Shown here piece by piece: positions 1 through 8,754 of a DNA stretch of 32,000 nt (position 1 is the first letter of the stretch; each line of letters begins with the position of its first letter). Location of the stretch: assembly GCF_020969955.1 (NCBI RefSeq), contig NZ_JAHDSX010000010.1, positions 33,277-65,276 of the forward strand, read 5' to 3'. The notes beneath the pieces are model-generated. The model saw only the letters and a list, made by a program, of their open reading frames with translations. It had not been told where the DNA came from and made no database searches. The position numbers and the translations under genes were made by a program. This DNA comes from Allobaculum fili. Its GTDB lineage: Bacteria; Bacillota_I; Bacilli_A; Erysipelotrichales; Erysipelotrichaceae.

Positions 1-2
1 AC

Positions 3-161
3 GGATCCGATCTGGAAGAAGCGATCACGCAGGCGCATGAAGTCATCAACGCTGCTTCCGCTTCCCAGAACGAGATTAACGAAGCCGCCAGAGCCCTGAA
101 CAGTGCACTGCTGACGATGCGCATTGCACCGGAAGCTGACCGCCTGAACGGTCTGAAGTAA
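3..161 (+). CDS. 3' end of an upstream gene running off the window. It encodes a C-terminal helical segment (..NEINEAARALNSALLTMRIAPEADRLNGLK), FIVAR-like and typical of large surface or secreted proteins.
   Basis: Frame 3 is open from the window edge to TAA at 159-161. A terminator hairpin follows. The FIVAR-like call rests on motif resemblance only. Confidence 0.45.
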   Translation, partial: GSDLEEAITQAHEVINAASASQNEINEAARALNSALLTMRIAPEADRLNGLK

Positions 162-210
162 GACGAGTTCTTTCCAGGTCATCAGGATTCATCGTCTTTC
201 TCAACCCATT

Positions 211-258
211 ACGCCGCAGTAAACCGCAGCCATACGCTGCGGCTGCTGCGGTGTTTTT
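211..258 (+). terminator. Rho-independent terminator after the upstream gene
   Basis: GC-rich arms accgcagc (223-230) and gctgcggt (245-252), with alternative pairings nearby, followed by TTTTT at 254-258. Confidence 0.55.
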
Positions 259-563
259 GCGTGCAGTCCAGATCGTTCAAAACTCGTTCGCGCGCTGTAA
301 GCGGCTTGAAAAATGGAAAAAAACGGTCGAAAACCGGCAGGAAAACGTATCAATCCCCGCGTATGGCCGAGGGGATTTTCGGGAATCTATGGTTTTTTTT
401 CGATTTTCGCTAAAATGAAAACACTGATTCCGTCCGCATCCGACAGGCGGAATCTTTGAAAAAATTACGGCTGCTCCCGACGCAAGCGATCGCAGAAAAT
501 GCGAAAGCTTCCTTGCGAAAGGCCGGGAAGAAGCCGCAAGAGAAAAGGAAAGTGGAATTACAT

Positions 564-1919
564 ATGAAACGAGAACAGCTGGGGTCCCGTCTGGGCTTTA
601 TCCTGCTGAGCGCCGGATGCGCGATCGGTATTGGAAACGTCTGGAAATTCCCCTACATCGCCGGACAGAACGGCGGTGCAATTTTTATTCTGATTTACCT
701 GTTCTTCCTCGTGGTTTTGGGCATCCCCGTCATGACGATGGAGTTTGCGATGGGACGTGCCGCCCAGAAAAGTCCAGCCAAAATTTATAAGACGCTGGAA
801 CCGAAAGGAAGCAAGTGGCACTGGCATACCGGTTTTGCGATTGCGGGCAACTACCTGCTCATGATGTTTTATACGACCGTCGCCGGATGGATGCTGAAGT
901 ACTTTGTCGATATGTGTCTGGGCCGGTTTGAAGGTCTGGATGGCGCCGGGATCGGTGCGGCGTTTGATGCCACGCTGGCCAATGCAGGCAGCGAAGTATT
1001 TTACATGGGCGTCATTGTCGTCGCCGGTTTTCTGATCTGCATGCTCGGTCTGCAGAAAGGCCTCGAGCGCGTAACGAAAGTGATGATGATTTCGCTGCTC
1101 ATCTTAATGAGCGTCCTGGCGATCAACTCCCTGTTTCTGGAAGGCGCCAACGCCGGTCTTCGCTACTATCTGCTGCCGGACTGGAACCGCTTCATGGAAA
1201 TCGGACCGTGGAATGTCATCGTCGCGGCGATGAACCAGGCGTTTTTTACCCTTTCGCTCGGTATTGGTGCCATGGCGATTTTCGGCTCCTACATTAATAA
1301 GGATCGTGCCTTGCTCGGCGAATCGATCAACGTCGCCGTTCTGGATACGTTTGTCGCGATTGTTGCCGGCCTGATCATCATTCCAGCCTGCTTCGCCTAT
1401 TCGGTCGATGTCAATGCCGGTCCGGGTCTGATCTTCGTCACGCTGCCCAACGTCTTTAACGCGATGCCGTTTGGCCGTCTGTGGGGCGCGCTGTTTTTCC
1501 TGTTCATGACGTTTGCAGCGTTCTCAACCGTTCTGGCGGTTTTCGAAAACATCCTTTCGAGCTGCATGGACCTGTTTGGCTGGGACCGCAAAAAAGCGTG
1601 TCTGGTCAATATGGCGGCAGTCTTCGTACTGTCGCTGCCCTGCGCTTTGGGCTGGTCGCTTCTGTCCGGCGCGGCACCGCTAGGAGCGGGAACGACCATC
1701 CTGGATTTTGAAGACTTCCTGGTTTCCAACATTTTGCTGCCTGGCGGATCGCTCATTTTCGTTCTGTTCTGCTGCACCAAGTTTGGCTGGGGCTGGAAAA
1801 ACTTCCGCAAGGAAGCCAACGAAGGAAAAGGCGCCAAAGTGCCTGAGTGGCTGCACCCTTACTGCAAGTACGTTCTGCCGGTCATCATTCTGGTGATTCT
1901 GGTGATCGGTCTGATCTGA
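564..1919 (+). CDS. Sodium-dependent transporter, neurotransmitter:sodium symporter (NSS/SNF) family
   Basis: N-terminal NSS signature GFILLSAGCAIGIGNVWKFPY and a multi-TM profile across ~450 aa. I place the start at ATG 564, preceded by AAAGGAAAG, rather than the TTG at 456 in the ORF track. Confidence 0.9.
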   Translation: MKREQLGSRLGFILLSAGCAIGIGNVWKFPYIAGQNGGAIFILIYLFFLVVLGIPVMTMEFAMGRAAQKSPAKIYKTLEPKGSKWHWHTGFAIAGNYLLMMFYTTVAGWMLKYFVDMCLGRFEGLDGAGIGAAFDATLANAGSEVFYMGVIVVAGFLICMLGLQKGLERVTKVMMISLLILMSVLAINSLFLEGANAGLRYYLLPDWNRFMEIGPWNVIVAAMNQAFFTLSLGIGAMAIFGSYINKDRALLGESINVAVLDTFVAIVAGLIIIPACFAYSVDVNAGPGLIFVTLPNVFNAMPFGRLWGALFFLFMTFAAFSTVLAVFENILSSCMDLFGWDRKKACLVNMAAVFVLSLPCALGWSLLSGAAPLGAGTTILDFEDFLVSNILLPGGSLIFVLFCCTKFGWGWKNFRKEANEGKGAKVPEWLHPYCKYVLPVIILVILVIGLI

Positions 1920-1962
1920 TCCTTCGCATATGTTCTGAAGCTGCTTTTTTACAAAATCATTT

Positions 1963-1997
1963 CGCCGACCGCTAACCGTATTGCGGGCGGCGTTTTT
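1963..1997 (+). terminator. Rho-independent terminator of the NSS transporter gene
   Basis: Arms cgccgaccgc (1963-1972) and gcgggcggcg (1983-1992) with one mismatch, then TTTTT at 1993-1997. Confidence 0.6.
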
Positions 1998-2036
1998 GTA
2001 TGGCCCGAAGCGAGCGGCGCGTATTGCGGGACATAA

Positions 2037-2084
2037 GAAAACCGCCTGCCGTAAGTTTTAAAACTTTGCTGGCAGGCGGTTTTG
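2037..2084. terminator. Bidirectional terminator hairpin between convergent genes
   Basis: Arms accgcctgcc (2041-2050) and ggcaggcggt (2071-2080), extended by aagtttt/aaaactt. An A-tract lies upstream and a T-tract downstream. Confidence 0.65.
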
Positions 2085-2193
2085 CTTCGCCGTTGGGAAA
2101 ACAGGACTGAGGCGTGCCAGAGGTATGTCTGAGGCATGCGTGTTACCGGGGCTCCGTCTGAGAGACAGGAAATAGCCGGTAAGGCGATCGGAT

Positions 2194-5100
2194 TTATTCG
2201 ACCGCTTTGAGCGATTCTACCATCTGAATCTTGCGCAGACGGTATTTCATGATCCAGTTGACGAGCAGAGCGAAAAGCATGGTCAGACCGATGGAATAGA
2301 CATAGGACTGCCAGAAAATCGTGCGGCCAAAGCGGATCGTATCGAGTTCGGCAAGGTTCATAATCAGATCGTGCAGGTAAATGCCCAGCAGCAGACCGAC
2401 GAGTCCGCCAATGAGGGCAAGGATTATGCTTTCGCGGTTGATGTAGGCGTTGACTTCCTTTTCGGTAAAGCCAAGGACCTTGATGGTCGCAATTTCACGC
2501 AGACGTTCGGAAATGTTGACGTTGGAAAGGTTGTAAAGTACCACGAACGCCAGCATCGCCGCCGACAGAACGAGAACGACTACGATCGACTTGATCGAGG
2601 AAATCATGTTTTCAAAGTTGTCGATTGTCGCCGAATAGAAGGTGACGGACCGGACGCCCTCGTGCTGGAGAACGCAGCTGCCCAGCTCGCTTTCAAATTC
2701 CGGAGACGTATCGTCGTTAAGCAGCAGAATCTGCGCGTCCGGCTCTTCCTGAACATGGAGACGGTCGAACGTCTTTTGCGTTACGTAAAGCATGTGGCCG
2801 GTGTACTGTTCGAAAATGCCGGCGATCGGAAGATCTACTTCTTCATCGTCCGCCGTTTTGAAGAGGATCGTATCGCCTTTGGACAGGTGCATTTTCTCGG
2901 CCGTCTTGACGGAAACGAGAACGCCGTCGTTTAAAGACAGACGTTCGGAACCGTCCATCGGGATAAACGTCATGAACTCTTCGAAGGCTTCAGGATCTTC
3001 GACAATATTGAGCGTGGCGGACACATCCTTATCGTCATAGTGAACGGTAACAGGAAGGGTTTCGAGATTGAACGTATCTTCGATGCCCTTTTCCTTTTTC
3101 AGATCGGCGGCCAGCTGCCGTCCGTCTTCTTCTTTGGCATCCACGGCAGCATCAAAGTGGTAAATCGCCTGGAACTGGCGCGGAACGATATCGCTGATGG
3201 AGTCGTTCAGACCAAAGCCGGCGACCAGCAGGGCGGAACAGCCCGCGATGCCGATGACGGTCATGAAAAAGCGCTTCTTATAGCGGAAGAGGTTGCGCAA
3301 TGTGACTTTATGCATGAACGAAAGCTTTGACCAGAACCAGCCGACGCGTTCTAACAAAATCCGCTTGCCGGCCTTTGCGGCTTTTGGCCGCATGAGCTGG
3401 GCCGGCACTTCGCGCAGTTCCTTAATAATGGAGAAGAGCGCAGCGAGCAGCACGACGCCGGTAACGCTTAAAGACGCAAAGAGCATCAGACCCGGCTGGA
3501 AGCGGAACTGAATGGCTTCCAGGTTGTACATGATGTTCCAGGCGGAGTAGATGATCATCGGGAACACGTACATGCCGACGGCACAGCCGAGAATGCTGCC
3601 AAGAACGGAAGCGGATCCCGCGTAGAGCAGGTACTTCGCGGCGATTTGCCGGCGGGAGTAGCCAAGGGCCTTGAGGGTTCCCATTTCGTTGCGCTGCTCA
3701 TCGACCATGCGCGTCATTGTCGTCATGCAGACGAGCGCGGCGACGAGAAAGAAGAAGACAGGGAAGACGGAGGCGATGCCGTCCATGCGGTCGGCGCAGG
3801 CTTCGTAGTCTTTATAGGAATAATGCGAGTTGCGATCGAGCACGATCCATTTGGCTTCGAGATCGTCGAGCTGCTTTTTCGCGTCCGCGATTTTGTCTTC
3901 GGCTTCTTTTTTGTTCGTATTGTATTCGGCCAGACCGTCTTCGTATTCTTTCTGACCGCTGGCGTAATCGCTTCTGGCTTTTGCCAGATCGTTTTGGGCC
4001 TGATTGAGCTGGGCTACGCCATCGTCATACGTTTTTTGGTTTGCGGCCAGCTGCGTTTCACTCGCAGCCAGCTCATTTTGCTGGGCCGCAAGTTCCTGAC
4101 GCTGTTTGACTAAGGCGTCGCGCTGTACGATGGCGCTCTGCGCCTGAGCAATTCCGTCATTTAAGGCAGTAAGAGAGGCGTTTGCGGCATCGAGCGATCC
4201 GCCAATCGAGGTGAGAATAGAACTTTTCTGCGTGTTCAGCGCAGCTAGAGCGGAAGCTGCGTCGGGCGCGCCGGGCACTGCCTGGGCCAGTACGCCCTGC
4301 AGCTGTGCCTGCAGCGCCGCAAGCTGTTCTTTTAAAGCCGGCAGCTGCGTATTTTGGGGATCGGCGCTTTCGAGCGCGGCAATCTGTTGGCTCAGCGTCT
4401 GGATACCCTGATCGAGCGATTCGATTCCGGAAATGGCCTGATCGATGGACTGGACGCCCTGAATGGCCTGCGTGAGCGCATCTCGCCTGGCAATCAGATC
4501 GCTGGCGGTCGTATCGATGCCCTGCAGCTGAGCCAGCCCGGCATCAATCTGAGCAAGGCCGTCGGCGATCTGCTGCTTTCCGGACTGGAGCGCGCTGCGT
4601 CCCTGATCGAGCTGCGTTTTTGAACTGGCCAGAAGCGCTTCGTTATCGGAAATCTGCTTTTCGCCATCCGCAATCTGCAGCGCGGCATCCTCGAGTTTCT
4701 TTTTCGCGTCGTCGAGCTTCTTTTTCGCATCGGCGAGCTTGTCCTGGGCTTCCTTTTCCTGGTCGTCAATTTTCTGACGCTGTTCGTCTTTCCAGAGGAC
4801 GGTTCGGCTGTCGGCGAGCGTTTCGACTTCATCGACGACCGGATCGGTCAGATCGAAGTAGGCGTCGGAATACGTATCCGCTTCTTTGGCCCCGTCGACG
4901 GTCAGATCGATTTCCGTAAAGTAGTCGGCCTTGATCGCGGACTGCGGGATAAAGAAATACGTATCGACTGTACCGGAACCGATCGAAGAAGAGCCGTGTA
5001 CGTAGGACAGGTAGTTTGGAGAATAGGCTTTGCCGGTAATGGTGTAGGTGTCGTATTTGAGATCGTCGCTGACCGGCGTGTCGTTTCCGGAATACAGATG

Positions 5101-5559
5101 AACCGTATCCCCGATCTCAAAAGACCCGAAAATGTTTCCCGTGGCGCTGTCGCCTTCCACCATGCACTCCCTGTCGTTTTGCGGCAGGCGGCCTTCGACC
5201 AGACGCGGCGTATTGATCGTCTGTCCGTCCGTATAGGAGAGGACTTTAACGGTCATTTCCCGGCTGCCTTTGCGGCAGAGATAATCGGCGGAAAACTGAC
5301 CTTGCGCGTCCTTCACGCCAGGTTCCTTTTTCAGCGCCTCGAGATCCTTGTCGCTTAAGCCGACGGTGGAGTACACCTGTATATCCTGCAGGTTGTAGCG
5401 GTCAAAGTAGACGTCGGCCGAATTTTTCATATCCGGCGCGCTGGCTTTGATGCCCGCAAAAAACGAGACGCCCAGAGCGGTGATGGCCAGGATGGACAGG
5501 TAGCGCCCCAGGGAATGGCGGATTTCACGGAACAGGTCTTTCCATAGTGCGGGTGTCAT
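2194..5559 (-). CDS. ABC transporter permease, MacB-like, with two fused FtsX domains (1121 aa). Extracytoplasmic domain 1 carries a ~315-aa Q/A/L-rich coiled-coil insertion.
   Basis: N-terminal TM helix, then a large external domain, a 3-TM FtsX block, a further TM helix, a second external domain and a second 3-TM FtsX block. Its ATG overlaps the TGA of the upstream ATPase gene by 1 nt, indicating translational coupling. Confidence 0.9.
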   Translation of the reverse strand: MTPALWKDLFREIRHSLGRYLSILAITALGVSFFAGIKASAPDMKNSADVYFDRYNLQDIQVYSTVGLSDKDLEALKKEPGVKDAQGQFSADYLCRKGSREMTVKVLSYTDGQTINTPRLVEGRLPQNDRECMVEGDSATGNIFGSFEIGDTVHLYSGNDTPVSDDLKYDTYTITGKAYSPNYLSYVHGSSSIGSGTVDTYFFIPQSAIKADYFTEIDLTVDGAKEADTYSDAYFDLTDPVVDEVETLADSRTVLWKDEQRQKIDDQEKEAQDKLADAKKKLDDAKKKLEDAALQIADGEKQISDNEALLASSKTQLDQGRSALQSGKQQIADGLAQIDAGLAQLQGIDTTASDLIARRDALTQAIQGVQSIDQAISGIESLDQGIQTLSQQIAALESADPQNTQLPALKEQLAALQAQLQGVLAQAVPGAPDAASALAALNTQKSSILTSIGGSLDAANASLTALNDGIAQAQSAIVQRDALVKQRQELAAQQNELAASETQLAANQKTYDDGVAQLNQAQNDLAKARSDYASGQKEYEDGLAEYNTNKKEAEDKIADAKKQLDDLEAKWIVLDRNSHYSYKDYEACADRMDGIASVFPVFFFLVAALVCMTTMTRMVDEQRNEMGTLKALGYSRRQIAAKYLLYAGSASVLGSILGCAVGMYVFPMIIYSAWNIMYNLEAIQFRFQPGLMLFASLSVTGVVLLAALFSIIKELREVPAQLMRPKAAKAGKRILLERVGWFWSKLSFMHKVTLRNLFRYKKRFFMTVIGIAGCSALLVAGFGLNDSISDIVPRQFQAIYHFDAAVDAKEEDGRQLAADLKKEKGIEDTFNLETLPVTVHYDDKDVSATLNIVEDPEAFEEFMTFIPMDGSERLSLNDGVLVSVKTAEKMHLSKGDTILFKTADDEEVDLPIAGIFEQYTGHMLYVTQKTFDRLHVQEEPDAQILLLNDDTSPEFESELGSCVLQHEGVRSVTFYSATIDNFENMISSIKSIVVVLVLSAAMLAFVVLYNLSNVNISERLREIATIKVLGFTEKEVNAYINRESIILALIGGLVGLLLGIYLHDLIMNLAELDTIRFGRTIFWQSYVYSIGLTMLFALLVNWIMKYRLRKIQMVESLKAVE

Positions 5560-6260
5560 CAGTATTCAATCTCCCGTGCGCTCATCGGATGCTCGTTGCG
5601 GGTAATGCTTTCGATTTTTCCGGAACGCACTCGAATAATCTTGTCGCCGATCGGTGTCAGCGCCAGATTATGCGTAATGACGACGACTGTCGTCTTTTCC
5701 TTTTTACAGATGTTTTGCAGGACTTCGAGAACCTGCTTGCCCGTCTGGTAGTCCAGCGCGCCGGTCGGCTCGTCGCAAAGGAGCAGGCGCGGATTTTTCG
5801 CAATCGCGCGGGCGATTGCGACACGCTGCTGTTCCCCGCCGGAAATCTGGGAAGGGAAGTTGTTTTCCCGGTCGAGCAGTCCGACGGATTTCAGCGTTCC
5901 GGTAATATCGAGCGGGCTTTTGGAAATCTGGGCCGCCAGTTCGACGTTTTCGCGGACGGTCAGATTCTGAATCAGGTTATAAAACTGGAAGACGAACCCG
6001 ACGTCATCGCGCCGATAGAGCGTCAGCTGCTTCGAATCAAAATCACTGACGATTTTATCGCCGACGCGAATGGTTCCCGAGCTGACGGTATCCATGCCGC
6101 CAAGCAGGTTGAGAATGGTGGATTTTCCAGCCCCGCTGGCGCCGGCGATAATCACAAACTCGCCTTCTTCAATCGAAAAGCTGACGCCGTCCAGGGCATG
6201 AATGCATACTTCACCCATCTGATAGTCCTTGCGGACGTCCTTGAATTCAATAAAACTCAT
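5559..6260 (-). CDS. ABC transporter ATP-binding protein (MacB/LolD-like)
   Basis: Walker [10 protein letters not shown], signature [14 protein letters not shown] and Walker [13 protein letters not shown]. An AGGAGG RBS lies 9 nt upstream of ATG 6260. Confidence 0.95.
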   Translation of the reverse strand: MSFIEFKDVRKDYQMGEVCIHALDGVSFSIEEGEFVIIAGASGAGKSTILNLLGGMDTVSSGTIRVGDKIVSDFDSKQLTLYRRDDVGFVFQFYNLIQNLTVRENVELAAQISKSPLDITGTLKSVGLLDRENNFPSQISGGEQQRVAIARAIAKNPRLLLCDEPTGALDYQTGKQVLEVLQNICKKEKTTVVVITHNLALTPIGDKIIRVRSGKIESITRNEHPMSAREIEY

Positions 6261-6740
6261 CGCAGAACACCTCCTGAAGTCTCTAAATAGGGAAGGTTAG
6301 TTATCTTTTATTATGACCTGCTTTTGAGCAGGACTGTGCGAAAACCTTCATTTCCTGCCTCTCTTTTGACCGTTTGGCAGCAATACGAAAAGCCGGGGCC
6401 AAAGAGAGGACCAAAGCGGCTGGAAAGCGTTTTTCAGGCCGGATTCTATCCCGAGAGGAAAAATGGAAAAATCCGGACAAAACGATGCAAAGACTGTCGA
6501 AAAAGGAAACTGTTGCCGGCCTGTACAGACAGGATGAAACGATCTGATATACTAAGCAATGGCATCTTGCTTTTAAAACCAGATGAAAGAATATTCCAAA
6601 TTACTTAAATAGATCCTGTTTTCCTGTGTTTCTGCTCCATGTTTTCTGGACGAATGAAATGCGGATGGATTTCTGTGCGGATTTGGTTATGGCGTCTGTC
6701 GATCTGTTCTCTCCTTGTATTTTCGGCCTGCCAAAGCCAT

Positions 6741-6769
6741 TTGCACACACAGCTGTCGATCTGTATATT
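6741..6769 (+). promoter_or_regulatory. Candidate sigma-A promoter of the DegV operon
   Basis: TTGCAC (6741-6746), a 17-nt spacer, then TATATT (6764-6769). The spacer contains one copy of the 12-mer ctgtcgatctgt. Confidence 0.4.
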
Positions 6770-6866
6770 TCAGTCATGTCCGATTAGTGGAAAACGGAGC
6801 ATGGTCCGCTAAAATGTAGGCGGACCATGAAACGATGGCTCCCGCAAAATGGAGAACAGATCAATT

Positions 6867-7754
6867 ATGAAAGTAAAAGTCATTACGGATTCCGGCAGCG
6901 GCTTAACGCAGAAGCAGGCCGAATCCTTAGGAATAGAATTTCTTCCCCTGCAGGTTCTCGTCGACGAGACACAGTATCTCGACGGCGTGGATCTGACCTG
7001 CGAAAAGCTGTATGAGCTTCTCGATGAAGGCAAAATGCCCACGACCAGCCAGCCGCCTCTTCTTCTTGAAGAAGAGCTTTTCGAACGGCTGAAAAGCGAA
7101 GGCGTAACGGACGTGATTGTCATCAATCTGTCCAACGGCCTCTCTTCAACCAACCAGATCATCCAGGCGACCGCAAAACGCTTCGATATCGTCGTGCATA
7201 CGCTCGATATTTATACGACCCTCGCCGTGCAGCAGTATCTGGTCATTGCGGCCCAGCAGCTGCTCGAACAGGGCAGGGATCCGGAAGCCATCGTCGACGC
7301 GCTGCGCAAGTCAGTCGACGGTTCAGCCGGTTATCTGATGGTCGACAATCTCGACCATCTCGCCGCAGGCGGACGTCTGACGCCGCTTGCTGCCAAACTT
7401 GGCGGCATGCTCAAGATTAAGCCGGTCCTGCGCGTTTCCAAAGATACGCAGGGCAAAGTCGACTCCTTTGAAAAAGTCCGCACCTTCCATAAGGCGGTCA
7501 GCCGCGGCGTAGAACAGGTAGCCAAGGGTCTTGTGGACGGCGTCGACTACGAACTGTTCGTTCTGAACGGCAACGCGGATGCTTCGGCAGAGGCGGCAAG
7601 AGAAATGATGGCGGCGCTGCGTCCTGGAACAAAGGTTCATGTGCTGAACATGTTCCCGGTCATCGCGGCGCACACCGGACTTGGCTCGGTCGGCGTACAG
7701 TACATCCCGAAAATTGAAGGAGTGGAATATGATGAAACTCGCATTTGTGACTGA
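6867..7754 (+). CDS. DegV family fatty-acid-binding protein (FakB-like)
   Basis: The N-terminus MKVKVITDSGSGL is typical of DegV, and the length is ~295 aa. GGAGA lies 11 nt upstream of ATG 6867. The track ORF starts 18 nt earlier. Confidence 0.88.
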   Translation: MKVKVITDSGSGLTQKQAESLGIEFLPLQVLVDETQYLDGVDLTCEKLYELLDEGKMPTTSQPPLLLEEELFERLKSEGVTDVIVINLSNGLSSTNQIIQATAKRFDIVVHTLDIYTTLAVQQYLVIAAQQLLEQGRDPEAIVDALRKSVDGSAGYLMVDNLDHLAAGGRLTPLAAKLGGMLKIKPVLRVSKDTQGKVDSFEKVRTFHKAVSRGVEQVAKGLVDGVDYELFVLNGNADASAEAAREMMAALRPGTKVHVLNMFPVIAAHTGLGSVGVQYIPKIEGVEYDETRICD

Positions 7755-8625
7755 CAGCGGAACCGGATTCAGCAGTGAATACTGGAAAAAGCATGGAATT
7801 TATTCCGTACCTCTGCAGATTACAGAAGGACAGAACACCTACGACGAGTTTGAAGATATCTCCTATGCCCAGGTCATTGACAACCTTCACCAGCAGAAAC
7901 TGATGAAGACCTCGCTGCCTTCGCTTGGAAAAATCGAAGATCTCTTTGAACAGCTCAAAAAAGACGGATATGAGGGCGTATTCTGCGTTCCGATCTGCCG
8001 CGGACTTTCCGGCACCCTGAATGCCATGGAGTCCGCTGCGCACCAGATGGATCTGGCCTTTTACGGGTTTGACTGCGGAACGACAGCCGTAACCCAGTCC
8101 CACTGCATTATCACCGCCAAAACGATGTATGAGCAGGGAAAGAGCATTGAGGAAATCATGGAAAAGCTCGAACAGATTGCGGGAAACTGCGATACGTTCG
8201 TTCTTTGCGACGACCTCCAGCACATGCGCCGCGGCGGCCGTCTGACCGCAACAGCAGCCGCTCTTGGCGGACTGCTCAAAATCAAGCCGATCCTTCACGT
8301 CAACCGCAAGACTGAAGGCCGCGTTGACGCGGTCGATAAAGTCCGCACGATGTCCCGCGCGCAGGATCGTACGATCAGCCTGCTCAAGGATATGGGCACC
8401 AATAAGGACTATGACTTTACCGTCGCTCACGTGGATTCTCTCGAAAGCGCGAAGGCGTTCGCCCGCAAGATCAAGGAAAACTTTGACGGGGCTACGGTTC
8501 GCGTAATCGATCTGGTCAGCGCCGTCGGCATTCATACCGGACTCAACTGCCTGGCGGTTCAGGTTTTTGATCCAGCCGGCTATCCGGTCATGGTTTATAC
8601 CGACGAAGATACGATCCGCATTTAA
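7729..8625 (+). CDS. DegV family fatty-acid-binding protein (FakB-like), second paralogue
   Basis: The N-terminus MMKLAFVTDSGTGFS is typical of DegV. GAAGGAG lies upstream of ATG 7729. The gene overlaps the preceding DegV gene by 26 nt. Confidence 0.88.
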   Translation: MMKLAFVTDSGTGFSSEYWKKHGIYSVPLQITEGQNTYDEFEDISYAQVIDNLHQQKLMKTSLPSLGKIEDLFEQLKKDGYEGVFCVPICRGLSGTLNAMESAAHQMDLAFYGFDCGTTAVTQSHCIITAKTMYEQGKSIEEIMEKLEQIAGNCDTFVLCDDLQHMRRGGRLTATAAALGGLLKIKPILHVNRKTEGRVDAVDKVRTMSRAQDRTISLLKDMGTNKDYDFTVAHVDSLESAKAFARKIKENFDGATVRVIDLVSAVGIHTGLNCLAVQVFDPAGYPVMVYTDEDTIRI

Positions 8626-8670
8626 TGCGACTTTCGTACGAAAACGAAATTAAAAATTGGAGAGACAATA

Positions 8671-8719
8671 AAATGCCGCTGCAGGCGAGGAAAACCTGCG
8701 GCGGCATTTCGCGTTTTTC
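8671..8719. terminator. Terminator hairpin between convergent genes
   Basis: Arms aaatgccgctgcagg (8671-8685) and cctgcggcggcattt (8695-8709), followed by a T-run. Confidence 0.65.
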
Positions 8720-8754
8720 AAAAAGAAAAGACCGAGGAAACTCGGTCTGTGAAT

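Noticed and set aside
456-563. A 36-codon N-terminal extension of the NSS transporter from a TTG start, as drawn in the ORF track
   Set aside because: The extension is Lys/Arg-rich and non-hydrophobic. ATG 564 has an RBS-like AAAGGAAAG upstream and gives the normal distance to the GNVWKFPY motif.
5547-6290. A 247-aa plus-strand ORF opposite the ABC ATPase gene
   Set aside because: It is a shadow ORF. The minus-strand frame holds the Walker A, signature and Walker B motifs.
6324-6608. A 94-aa ORF in the ABC/DegV divergent intergenic region
   Set aside because: It has a non-ATG start without an RBS, and its basic low-complexity translation has no motif. The region is more likely promoter and leader DNA.
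7660-8535. A 291-aa minus-strand ORF antisense to the second DegV gene
   Set aside because: It is a shadow ORF. The plus-strand frame has clear DegV features and an RBS.
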